Shown here piece after piece: positions 12,867 to 25,156 of a stretch of DNA of 64,000 bases; positions within the stretch are counted from its first letter, which is position 1; every line of letters starts with the position of its first letter. This DNA comes from Eledone cirrhosa (Eukaryota): NCBI GenBank assembly GCA_964016885.1, contig OZ024747.1, positions 39,122,001-39,186,000 on the forward strand, given 5' to 3'. Position numbers and translations under genes: made by a program. The notes beneath the pieces are model-generated. The model saw only the letters and a program-made list of their open reading frames with translations. It made no database searches and had not been told where the DNA came from.

Positions 12867-13699
12867 TGTATATATATATATATATATAAATATATGTGTG
12901 TGTGTTACAAAAAAGTGTGATGATCAATAACCTGGAAGCTGGTTTACCATGAGATTAGTCCGAAGAATAAAACCCAAATTGTATGTTGACAAATATTCGT
13001 ACTTCCGACATGTTAATTGTAACATGTCATCTTTGAGTGTAGACCTTATTTTATCAATATTTCGAGGTGTCGGATCGTGGGAAGATTAACACGAAGTAAG
13101 AAGATGTAACTTCTCCCCGATTATTGACACTTTGAATCAGTGAACGTTACAAGGATCTCTTTAGGGCCAATACTTCTGATTGTTTATCCGACTTATTATG
13201 ATGTGTTTTCTCAGGTTATGTGTACTATATGGGGGAACGTGGGATGGTTTTATCGAATTGTTTCAGTCATTCGAAGGGCTTTACAAACGGTGATATACAG
13301 GGTGCTTGAATAATATCTGAATATATTCACTCGGTAATAATTTCTTCAATAATTGCGATGACTTCCTCCATTGTTCAGTGTTTCTTCTTGAGCGCTAAGG
13401 CAGTAAGTTTGCTATTCTTATAGATAAGTCTGTTGAATAAGTTCGATACACTTCCAGCTCAAACTTATTCACGCTGAATGAAGAAAGCTGGATGGAAGAA
13501 AGACTTATGACTTAAACAGCTATTGATAGTTCCACACAAAACTTGATCTGCCATAAACACACCGAACAAAGGTTGGTATTGAAAATCATGTATGGGCACC
13601 CAGGGTGACTAGCATTTTCAGGCGTACTCTGGGAACTGCGAATGACCTCACCTTTCCCAGGCATTACCGGGTACTGCAGCTAGTATATATATATATATA

Positions 13700-13903
13700 T
13701 AGAAAAATAATCAGGACCCCGACGACTGAGCTCCGGCCGTTTCGACAACTGGATCCGAACTCTTCGGATCTTTCTGTCGAGACGACCGAAGCTAGGCCGT
13801 CGGGCTCCTGACTGTTTTTCTATGACCCACTCTACTACTCTAAGTATCGAGTACTCTGGTGCATTGTGGTCCACCCGGTATCTTATCACACCTTCCTTGT
13901 TTT
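13700..13903. mobile_element. Fold-back remnant of the pseudo-LTR family at 23868-24060 and 40731-40918
   Basis: GGACCCCGACGACTGAGCTC...GCCGTTTCGAC followed by an inverted degenerate copy and the tail ACCCACTCT.CTAC..TAAGTAT.GAGTACT.TGGTGC. Lies between (TA)n tracts. Confidence 0.65.
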
Positions 13904-15526
13904 ATATATATATATATATATATATGTAATCTCGAAGTGTGTACTGCCACTCTAAATTCTGTAGTGAATGTTGACCCACAATATTTGCATATGTATCGGT
14001 ATGTCTCTTGGCTGAAAAGGAGGTCATATAACTGTCCATGCATTAATAAATTGCTCCGAAGAATCCAAACCTCGGTTTGGAGGAAACAGCTGTAAGCACA
14101 ATAATGTTTTGAACAGTTCTTTGATTCTTATATTTCATATATATATATATGCATGCAAACATCCAATCTTAGAAATATTTGATTATTTAATTATAGAGCC
14201 CTAAATCTATGCAACTGAATTATATATGGATATGAAATGTTTATATTACTTTCTCTCTGAAAGTATTAAACCAACTGTTTACCTTCTCTTGCGTTTATTT
14301 CCTTCTTTTATTCTATATAAATCAATATGTCGTTCCGATCTTACACAGAATATAATCCAACACAAAACCAGACACGCCCGAATTTATATATAACGTAATG
14401 CTCATCAACAAAATAACAAAGAGGAAACTCATTAAAAAATAGACTCAAGTTTCTATATATATACATATATATAAATATTTGCTACAGAAATCTGAATTAT
14501 GCATTGCGGTTTATATACATGATTGCACAGATAACATAGATGCATGGAATTATTCAAAAACCTAGGCATAGAAAAAACCTATCAATTCCTATGTAAAAAC
14601 CCTTTGGGAGGTGTGTTCACAATGCCGTAATCACAGTTGAAATAAAAAATTGACTCATGAACATGTGCCCTTTTGGTAAATATATAATTAAAAGATTATT
14701 ATAATGCAAAACATATTTTTATGCGCAAAATTACAAACTGAATAAAAGTTATGAAATAGTTTAGAATAATTCCTTTACTATAGAACACAATTAAAGTGCA
14801 GAGATTATGTAAAGGGAATATACATTAAATATAAATTCTGGAGTAAATCACTGTTGCAGAGATAATATATGTATACTAACACAGAAACACACGCACACTG
14901 TGCAGTTACGTACAGACATACAGACACGCATACATGCACACACAAACACATAGATATGCGCTTTAAAATAGATCGGAATAATTGGTTCAATCATAGTTTC
15001 GGGTGCTTCTATTCTTCTATTCTTCTATTCTATCCCAGTGTATCTTCAGATATGATGCTGATAGAAATGTTCAGTTCTATATAGTGATATTATAGCGATA
15101 CTTGAACTCAGCATTGAAATTAGAAGCTGTAAAACATTTCAAGTAAATTGAGTAAGTCCATGTTCAATGTACGAACTACTAATACATGCTACAAGCGAGA
15201 AATCGTTAATTAGTGCTTCATAAATGAAGTGTCTCATTAAGAACATGAGGCAATTCGTAACGCTGAAGTGAAATTACTTAAATTCTTTTTTTCAAACATC
15301 ATTTTGATCGACTTGGTGGTGATGCAATACGTTAGACATTATACTTAATGTAATATGAAAGCAATATATACAACATACATATCGAAGAGTAGTAAGATAA
15401 ATACACATAAACACATATATATATGTTTATGTATGTTTGTCTATGTGAGGAACTGTGTGAATGCATGCATATATATATATATATATATATATAAATTTTG
15501 AGTATATGTTGGTTGTATACCAACAC

Positions 15527-16317
15527 CTCAGTATTCAGATTGGAGCACTCGGCGAAGTGCGCAGATTGGTTTGGTTCCTCCGGGGTATTATCAAATAAAA
15601 TAAAATAAATAAGTCAAATGTTTAAAATTTGGCTTCGTTTATTACTGCTATATATATTTCGGTGACAGCCATCTTTGGCTTTGACCGCTTCAGTCAGTCC
15701 GCATTAGTGTCGTAGAGACGAGTACACATGCTGTTGAGGTGTATAACTTTGTCAATACTCTGATATGCCCAGTTCATGGTTGGGTTGTTATTTCACTGAG
15801 GAACTGGAATCATATGAATTCAAACAAACGAATTTCAGCGTCAAAGGGCTTCATCTCCTTTCATTGGTCAGTTGTTAGAACATTCCTCAGTCAAAAATAT
15901 ATAGAAATTCGTTCTGAGGCAAGCCAATCTGTAGTTATTGTTCTTGTTATTGTTAGGTACATCTGACATCTATTATTGTGTTGGTAGTGGTGTTATTGTT
16001 GGAGTCAGCTAAAAAAAAAATGATAAAGTGGTAGAAGGAATAAGATTGTAAAGGAACAAAATAAAATAATATAATCGAATAATTTGTTTGAATTCATATG
16101 ATTCCAGTTCCTCAGTGAAATAACAACCCAACCAGGAACTGGGCATATCAGAGTATTGACAAAGTTATACACCTCAACAACATGTGTACTCGTCTCTACC
16201 ACACTATTCGGACTGCCTGAAGAGGTCACCGCCAAAGATGGCTGTCACCGAAATATATATAGCAGTAATGAACGAAGCCAAATTTTAAAAATTTAACTTA
16301 TTTATTTTATTTTATTT

Positions 16318-16325
<8 letters not shown>
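15527..16325. mobile_element. Fold-back Penelope-derived element (arms ~15590-15827 and ~16083-16325)
   Basis: ~240-bp inverted arms, visible as mirrored ORFs 15739+ and 16005-. HHR in the arms; right end in (TA)n. Confidence 0.8.
16212..16266 (+). ncRNA. Type I hammerhead ribozyme
   Basis: ACUGC-CUGAAGA-GGUCACCGCC aaagau GGCUGUCACC-GAA-AUAUAUAU-A^GCAGU. The left-arm mirror has a mutated core (CUGAAGC). Confidence 0.75.
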
Positions 16326-16387
<62 letters not shown>

Positions 16388-16440
16388 TTCATCCGTTCCA
16401 GCTGCTACCGCTGGAATGGATGGAATGCTTTAAAAACGCA

Positions 16441-16536
16441 AAACATATCTGAGGAACTTACGAATACAGAGTCGGGTTCGATCTGTAACAGATAGTGCAT
16501 TGAGCTGATTGACGGAGAATCATATGTAATATGTTA
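16441..16536 (+). ncRNA. Degenerate hammerhead-like motif
   Basis: AACAUAU-CUGAGGA...gagaau-CAUAUG-UA-AUAUGUU. Stem I and the palindrome are kept; the GAAA is damaged. Confidence 0.45.
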
Positions 16537-16662
16537 ATAAATTGTATTTTGATGCACTACTGATTCATCGTTATCTATAATAATATACTCTGATCTGCGC
16601 GATCATCGAGTGCTCAGACGCCATACCGCCCACGGACTCATTTAATTGCATCCATAGAATAA

Positions 16663-16743
<81 letters not shown>

Positions 16744-16844
16744 TATAAATATATATATATGTATATATATAAATATATATATATATATGTATATATATAA
16801 ATATATATATATCTATATATATATATAAATATATATATATATGT

Positions 16845-16907
<63 letters not shown>

Positions 16908-16938
16908 TACATATGTATATATATATATACATATATAC

Positions 16939-16975
<37 letters not shown>

Positions 16976-17611
16976 TATATACATACATATATATATATAT
17001 GTATATATATGTAAATATATATATGATGCCTGCCCCCTCGTTATCAAGTATGGCCATTGCACGATATAACATCTTTAGAAATTATCAATTAATGCTATCG
17101 TGGTATGTCTGTGCGTGAAGAATTTTTTTTAAAGTGCGGAAAGACTGTGCACTGAACCAATCCCACTCTCTGAGCAAGTGTAGTTATAACACGAAAAGAA
17201 GAAAAGATCAACATCATCGGTAACTATTGCGCCGCAGGTTGTATGTCGGAGTTGACCGAGTTTCCTGAGTTGCCTTCTGCTAGAAGAATGCCCTGATAAA
17301 AGCTAGGGGTCGTTCATTCCCAGTGGTTTAACCGCGCGATTATTTCTATGACACCGCGCATGTATACAAGTTTATACATATATATACATATGTATACACA
17401 TATTCACACACACACCCATACACACACACACACACAAACTCACACACACACACATACATATACATACACACATATATATATATATATGTAGGAGGTGAGT
17501 TTTATTGTAGCACAATAAAGCAATGCAAATATTGGATAAGTACCACTCAATAGTTTATAGGACTGGAGTATAAATAATATGAGATCAAAAGATGGTTAAA
17601 AGAGTCCCATG

Positions 17612-17677
17612 TATTTTATTATGCGCATTTCAAAAACAAATATCATGATGATATTTGTGTCCTCATCAGATGAAATA
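17612..17677 (-). ncRNA. Type I hammerhead ribozyme within a repeat (~17487-17765) homologous to 56655-56950
   Basis: UAUUUCAU-CUGAUGA-GGACACAAAUAUCA..UGAUAUUUGUUUUU-GAA-AUGCGCAU-A^AUAAAAUA. A short inverted repeat lies at ~17673-17700 / ~17738-17765. Confidence 0.7.
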
Positions 17678-17764
17678 GGGAGACATGATATGAAGCTTAA
17701 AAAACACTTGCGAGCAGTGAAGTGTTAAATCTACATATTAAGCTTCATATCATGTCTCCCTATT

Positions 17765-18220
17765 TTATGTACGCAAGTCGGTCTGTGTGTGTGTCTGTCT
17801 GTGTGTCTGTATGTGTACAAATACTAGGCTCCCTTTAAGTTGTGAAGTACTAGGCCGATTTGCTTCAAGGAATGATATTTTATGCCCAGTGAAAGGTCAA
17901 CGTGGTAGTGGCAGGGCCAACTTACACAGAGGGTTTAGTCTACTGAAGGACATACGGTGCGTCTATTCCATCTTTATCCCCTTACTCATACCTACTACCG
18001 CAAGGCCGGACCTGAAATCATTCACGTCTATTAATTCAAGCTACACCATGAATTGTTTTTATGTTGCCGTTTATTTCACTCAATCATGTCACTGTACACC
18101 CATTTTGTTAAACTTCTTTTTACAATTACATTTCAATTCTTTGCTCAACATTTGGCTCTCTTTATACGGATAAACAGGCTGTCATTCATTTGCCGAGCAA
18201 CGCCGGGTACATCTGCTAAT
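17765..18220 (+). mobile_element. Non-autonomous Helitron-like element with 3' terminal hairpin
   Basis: Ends with CCGAGCAACGCCGGGTACATCTGCTAAT, a subterminal GC hairpin followed by a CTRR-like end. A (CTGT/GT)n tract lies near the 5' end. Confidence 0.55.
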
Positions 18221-19226
18221 ATATATATATATATATATACTGAGATATATAGATAGACATTACCGTAAAAGTCGCCATAATATTATAAAATTTACATTTG
18301 TCTCCCTTCAGGTATTCATAACCTTTTTGGTGCCAAATGCTGCTACTTCTACTGTTTTGTATTTGATGTTAATACCTTTTGTGATACATGCTCTTTGTAT
18401 ACGTAGACAGCAGCTGTTGGTGTTCTGACGATCAGCCAATTAGTGGCACTCACAGAATTACAATCATTTATATATTTTTTTTTCTGTTAACAAATAGATT
18501 GTTATAGTATATTTTCACAATTGTTGACGTTTCCACGGCGAAGTATATCAAATTTAGCCATAACCTACATTTCATACACAGAACTACGTAAATCCATACA
18601 ATCATGCATGCATACATACATACGTTTATACATACATACATTCATTCATACATACATACGTTTATACATACATACATTCATTCATACATACATACAATCA
18701 TACATTCATACATGCATTCATACATAAATACATACGTTAATGGAACAGTAAAAATCTGTAAAACACTCCAAGAATGTTGCATCTAATAACTGCATATAGA
18801 CATATACAGAAACAAAGCATATACACATACACACATACAACTCAAAACATCCACATCCACACATGCAATAACATCCATATATATACACATGCCTGCATGC
18901 ATACATCATCTACCTAGTTGATGCTGTGTAAATTCCAATGAGAGAGTCTTGTGTCTATGTTAGAAACCGACTCTCTCTCTATTGGCCAAAATTTGTGAAA
19001 TTATAAAACCAGAAGAACATACATACATACATACAAATATTGTTTCCTCTTCAATTACTTTCTTTTTCTCATTCTTCCGATGAAAGAATAACGCCCGAAT
19101 TACTTTTACTAATATTACAAGTTTTAAGTTAATTTGTATCTACCATTGTATTGCATTGTTCCCCCTTGACGTTTTAAAATAGTATATTCTTCTCACATAT
19201 AAAACAATATATACACACAATCACTC

Positions 19227-19264
<38 letters not shown>

Positions 19265-19357
19265 CTGGTATTAAGGTGGTAAAAAATACTGACCTTTCCT
19301 GTTTATAATTATATATAGTGTATATATAAGTATAAATAATATTATTATTATTATACA

Positions 19358-19537
19358 CGGTGGATTGGCAGTATTGGTGGACGCCATGCTTTGACGTATA
19401 GAGTTACGGCCCTTGTCATTCTGAGTTCAAATCCCGCCAAGGTTAACTTTGCCTTTCATCCTTACCGGGTCGATAAAATAAAGTACCAGTAAGGCACTGG
19501 TAGTTTCTGGCCTTGTGCCTAACGTAGAAACAATTAT
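19358..19537 (+). mobile_element. tRNA-derived SINE
   Basis: Same family as 11891-12070 (GAGTTCAAATCCC B box, conserved body, tail GGCCTTGTGCCTAA..TAGAAACAATT). Confidence 0.85.
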
Positions 19538-19654
19538 TATTATTTTATATATATATTGCAAATGATGTCAACATGAATGGTCCGTTATTTTTATCTAAAG
19601 ACATTTTTTCCAATTTCATCCCACCCGTCCCCTTAATCTATTTAATCTCTCATT

Positions 19655-19696
19655 CTTTCTTCTGATGAATGGCTAGCGTCCGAAACGTTAAGACCC
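19655..19696 (+). ncRNA. Degenerate minimal hammerhead motif
   Basis: UCUU-CUGAUGA-auggcuagcgucc-GAAACGUUA-AGA with palindromic AACGUU. Stems are weak. Confidence 0.4.
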
Positions 19697-20403
19697 TCTT
19701 CCTGCTGTATCAAGCGTTAACCTAATATATACCTTCCACACACACGCATATATATATAATTAGAATTGGTGCTCTGAAATAGTGATACATATATGAATGT
19801 ATATATAGTGTATTTTGCAATACACTGTATGCTTAATTAAAAGCATTTTGAAGACCATACGCTATTGTTTTAAAGTAGCGACATTGTCGCTTACTAAAAT
19901 TTTCGAGAGGCAGGGGGAGATAAGTTGACAGCGCTGTTTCGTACTGATTGGTAATTGTCTCCCTGTCCGCCGAAAATTATGTATGTTGCATTCTTATAGA
20001 ATTCCAGTAACAATCAGGAACGGATAAGTTAATATAAACATTACGTGCGATGTGTTTTTCGGGGTATGAGTGTTTTGTTACCTGTCCCGGTTATGGATAT
20101 ATGACATTGGTAGAATGCATTTGGTTTAGGAGTCAGTTGTATTGTTGATGTACAAAATGCTATAAACTGATTTTTCACTTCGCTAAAATTCAACACCTCC
20201 CCTATCGGCCATCATGTATAGCCTCCAATGAGCGTTAAAAAGCTGCTTTGTATCAAATTAACTTCTTAACTTGGAAAGATACAAGCTATTCATCTGTCAT
20301 ACGGACACGTGAACACGCGATCATGCAATCACTTACACACACTACACACTCACATACTGACATATATATATGGATGCATATACGTTTATATGGGCTTCTA
20401 TAT

Positions 20404-23400
20404 ACTTACTTGTACTTGTACTTGTGTCGACATTCACTCTGGAGGGGTTGAGCCGGCTTCTTCTCTTGTCCTGACGGCATCCTGAACCATGGCAGCCCAC
20501 GCACGACGGTCCTGGGCTAGGTTACTGGAGATAGCGAGCCAGTCACGGTTCCATCGGCGCAGGCTGACCATTGCGGACCTGATAGTTAGGAGAGGTCCTC
20601 CTTGATCGTCGTTGACCATGAGTTCAGCTGCCCGCCAACGCACTTGCGCCAGTTTGGTAGTGGAGGTGGGAGGAGAACATCGCGGATCAGCTCACCCACA
20701 GGGCGCCGGGATGCGTGACCAAACCATCTGAAGCGCCGTTACAGAAGCACTGAAGGAAGGGGTCGAAGATTCAGGCGAAGACGAAGACAGGTGGTAGGTA
20801 CCCGATCAACGCGTCGGCAGCGAAGAATGCGGCGGAGACAGTCATTGTAGAATACCTCCAGCCCTCGTTGATCGACTACCCTCATAGGCCATGTTTCACA
20901 GCCATAGAGGAGGATAGTGCGAACGACGGTCTGGTAGATTCGCCCTTTGGTTGCCGAGGAATATCTCTTCTGTCCCTCAGACACCGCTGTAAGCGCCCCA
21001 AATCGGATCTGGCAGCACCTATGCGACGTTTGACGTTGGCTGCGCCCTGGCCCGTTGGAACCACTGTTCAGCCCAGGTAAACAAAGGACTCCACATCCCC
21101 CAGGTCCACGCCCTCGAGAGATATTGGCTGCCAGACATCAGGCGAGACCAGTGACGTCATGACTTTCGACTTGGCGGCATTGATTCGTAGACCAACAACG
21201 GCGGGTGTAATGTGCACCCTTTTGAAAGCACCCTGTACATATGTCCCATTAGCGCCCATCAGCACGATGTCATCCGCGTAGGCTAGGTCCGTCACCACGA
21301 CGCCTCTCCTGACCTCTACGCCCGGGTAATCCCGGAGCGCTGTGTTGAGAGAGTAGTCAATGGCGTAGTTAAAGAAAGTTGGCGATAGCGCACACCCCTG
21401 CTGAACACCAGTCCCAACATCGAAGGACTCCGTCTCTCCACCATAGACACTCACTCGAGCCCGAACGGACCGGTAGTAGATTTGTATGAGACGAATCAGC
21501 TTCACTGGGATGCCGTCCGCCTGCATTATACGCCATAGGGCTTCCCGATAAACAGAGTTGAAGGCAGCTACAAAATCGATGAAGCAGAGGACCGTAGATT
21601 ATTGATATGTCCACTGTTGTTCCAGGACAAGCCGGAGAATGAAGATTTTGATCAACGCACCCCATCCCCGGAGGGAAGCCGCCCTGAGAAGGACGGGTAC
21701 GGACATAACGGATGGCCTGGAACCTCTTCAGCAGAAGAATTGCGAAGATCTTGGCAGCAACGTCAATTAAACTGATACTCCTGTAGTTGGAACACAGTTT
21801 CCTGCCGCTCTTTTTGAAGAAGGGTAGGAGAGTTGCCTAGCTCAAATAACCAGGGATCCGCTACGTCGCCCACACCGAGGAGAAGACTCGATGGAGCCAA
21901 GCTGGGATGACATAAGGCTCGGCTTTGTAGAACTCAGCTGGAACGCCATCCTCGCCCGGCGCCTTGTTGTTCCGGAGATGTGTCAGGGTTCCACGTACCT
22001 CCTCGACCGTTGGAGGAGCAGTGCTGTACCCGTATTCATCTCCGGAAGGCTGCACGTAGGTTGGCGTGGATGGTGGCGGGTGGTTGAACAGCTTGGAGAA
22101 ATGGTCCCGACATCGGACTAGCCGGTCATTAAGATTGGTAATGACCGTCGATCACGGATCGTCTCGCTGATACCCGTATTGCTTCGGCTGACCTGCTTCA
22201 CCAGTTGCTAGAGCATGCGCGAGTCACCACAGGCTGCTGCCCTCACCATCTGCTCCGCAAACTCGCACCAGTGTGCATTCGATCGGCCCGAATACCCCGA
22301 ATTGTGCGCCGTCGGAGATCTTGAAAATTGGGTACACACTCGAGTCGGGCCACTCTTGCCCTCTCCGCGAGCTCAAGAGTGCTGCCGGAGATACAGTCCC
22401 GATGGGGTCTTTGGGTCGACCGGAGATTCTCCCTGGCCACCTTAACCGTCACCGCCGGCCTGAGCGCGTTCCACTCCTGCTCCGGTTGCTGTTCCACTTC
22501 GTTACTCAGCATTTGGAATCGGTTTCGCAACTCTAGCCGGAAAGCATTTACAGCATCGAGCTTGAGTCGCGAGATGTCGATACTTTTCTGGCGATTGGGA
22601 GGAGATTTCGCCCGCAGCCGCAGACGAAGGGTCATACCCATGCTCACTGCCCGCATCAGCCCCCCCCCCCCGCCCTCTCTACGATAAACACGCGAGTCCA
22701 TCACTGAGCTGGCCCACCGAGATCTGACCAGGATGTAGTCAATCTGATGGGCGTTCTTTCGTCTTTGGATCGCCACGTGACGAGGTGACGCCGAGGATGT
22801 TGGAACCGGGTGTTGGTGACGATAAGACGATTGTCATCCGCGAAGGACACGAGCCGTTCACCATTGTCACAGCGTACGCCTAGGGCGAAGCGTCCTAGAA
22901 TATGCCGTATTGTATCATCAGCCGGCCCCGTCCGCCCATTCCAGTCCCCAGCGACAACGAGAACATCACTGGAGGGTACGCCATCCACGGTTATTTGAAG
23001 ATCACTGCGTCTTGTCCGCCTCGTCCGCATTGAGTGTAGGAGTGTAGACGGCAATTACGCTGACGTTGGAGATTTGACCCTTCAATCTAACCAGCGCTAA
23101 AGGTGTGAGATCGGCTGCCACGCCAGCAGAGCCGTTTGCGCGTCGTGGCTGAGCACTACAGTGACCCCGTGAAGGCCACTGTTGTCAGTCACGCCACTAT
23201 GGTACAAGTGGTAGGAGATGTCCTCGCCAGGAACTTTGATCGGAAGCTGACCAACATCGGGAAGTGGAACTTCTGAAAGGCAAGCGACACTAACGCAGTA
23301 CCTGAGCATAGCCTTCACTGTAACTGGACACCGTCGTCACGAAGTGTTCGGACGTTCCAGCACGACACCCTCAATTCCTTCCTTCGTCTGAAGAGCGAGA

Positions 23401-23855
23401 CTACTCCGGGAGCAGTCTGTAGAGCCATAGCGGTAGGAGCCTTGTTGCTTTACATTGCGTTCGTAGCGGGAAGGCAATTCGTATTCATAGTTCGTATTTG
23501 TAGGATTCGTGGAAGAAGTGTCATTGGAGTAGTGAATTCAAAAGCGGTCCCCAAAAAACCCGCATGTATATCCCGAACGAGAGAAATAAAAACAAAAAAA
23601 ACAAAAAAAATAGTCGTTTGCCACCGATTCTCCACAGACGCAGGGACAGAAAAGACCCGAAGCCGCCGGTTACCGGAGCAGACACCTCTTGGATGTTCAC
23701 CAGAGCCCCTTTTAACGGGTTGCAGCCCTAATACCACTGGGTGCCAGACCAATCCGCCTTGGGTGGCCCAACCAGGAACCGATGTTCCCGACGGCATAGC
23801 TCTGACACTACCCCTTGCCACCGCCCTGCCACGTTGAGGAGGGGTTGGACTGCTT
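20404..23855 (-). mobile_element. Near full-length degenerate RTE-clade LINE (APE endonuclease + RT), multiple frameshifts and stops
   Basis: APE motifs VAGDWNGRTG, LIVTNTRFQH and QIDYIL. RT motifs KAPGEDG, GVQQGCALSP, LAYADDIVL, FVYLG and LLYGCETW. C-terminal LAQDRRAW. The 3' tail is (CAAGTA)n at ~20404-20424. Markedly more GC-rich than the flanks. Confidence 0.92.
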
Positions 23856-23960
23856 ATATATATATATAACGAAGGAAATGTGGTACGGAACCAGGTGGTC
23901 CATAACGCACCAAAGTACTCAATACTTAGGGTAGTAGAGTGGGTAATAGGAACGAGTAGG

Positions 23961-24056
23961 ACCCCGACGACTGAGCTCAAGCCGTTTCGACGGCTAATTC
24001 TGGACTAAATGAACATTTCAATCCTGGTATATGAATAGCCGAGCTTCTCAGGGGGT
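23961..24056 (-). ncRNA. Hammerhead-like motif with non-canonical CUGAGAA core (more decayed mirror ~28111-28207)
   Basis: ACCCC-CUGAGAAgcu-CGGCUA...UAGCCG-uc-GAA-ACGGCUUGAGCUCAGUCGU-C^GGGGU. All three stems and a GUC site are present. Confidence 0.55.
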
Positions 24057-25156
24057 AATCCATATATGGTAAAAGTGATTGTCACAAGGATTGGTCGAAA
24101 GTTTGTTGTTGAGACACATAATTCTATCATGGCAATTTGTGGAAGGAAGGGGTAGCTGAATCTGCTAGTAGAAGAAAGAGGGAGTGGGAGTAGTAGAAAC
24201 CCAGTCGTGCGTTGATAGTGCCAACTACAACAGGGTAGAAGATCAAGAAAGTATACTAGGGTGGGCGGGGGGATTTGGAGGAAGTCGAAACAATAAGTAA
24301 ATCAATATAGAATAAATATATAGAAGAATACCAAGAATTTTAAAAATATAAAAAAACAATTTACGCTTACTATTCCCTAACCACAGTCACCAAGTCTCTC
24401 ACCGGTACTGCTAAACTATAGAAAAGTTTACTAGGTGGGACGGAATTGTAGTGAGGCCATTTTAAGAGTTAGTAGTAATCAACCGAGTATATCTTACGGT
24501 GACAGGTCAACAAGTGTGTGTGGGGGGGGGGGGGGGCAAAATACTAAAGAAACTACCACGAAATAATAATTCAGAGTCCGACTAATACGAAATAATGCGA
24601 AATAATTGTTTCTACCCCAGGTACAAGGCCAGCAACCACCCAGTGCAAAAAATAAACTAATACGAAATAATAATTCAGAATCCCGAATATGAATACTAAT
24701 ACTAGCTCTAAGGGTACCGCTACGATACAGACATTCTAGTGCAAACTACATAAATGCTCGTACGAAGTATATGAAAAATTTGATACGGAAAATTAATTCA
24801 GAATTCCCCCCCCCCCTCACACACAATAATAAATACTAATATACGAGAAATTAAAGCAGAGATACCACTAAGAAATGTAGAAAGCACAGAAATGGGGCAG
24901 CCATCGGATAAGAAAGCAAGTATCTGGGGTCGATCACATCTGCTATAAAAGCGGAATCGGCCAATTCTATCATAGAATAGGGGATGGGGGTTGGGGTACT
25001 GAGGCTACAATGGGACGGAGGGGCTGCCTCGGTGGGCGAGAAAGTGAAAAGGACGACGACAAAGAATGAGGACTCGGGTGGAGGACTAGTAAGGGATGGG
25101 GGGGGGCAAGGAAATATAGAGGAAACGATAAAAAAATGTAAAAGAAGATCTTACGT

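Noticed and set aside
22215-23980. Plus-strand and 5' ORFs over the RTE element
   Set aside because: They are antisense shadows of GC-rich LINE sequence, or read-through from the adjacent pLTR.
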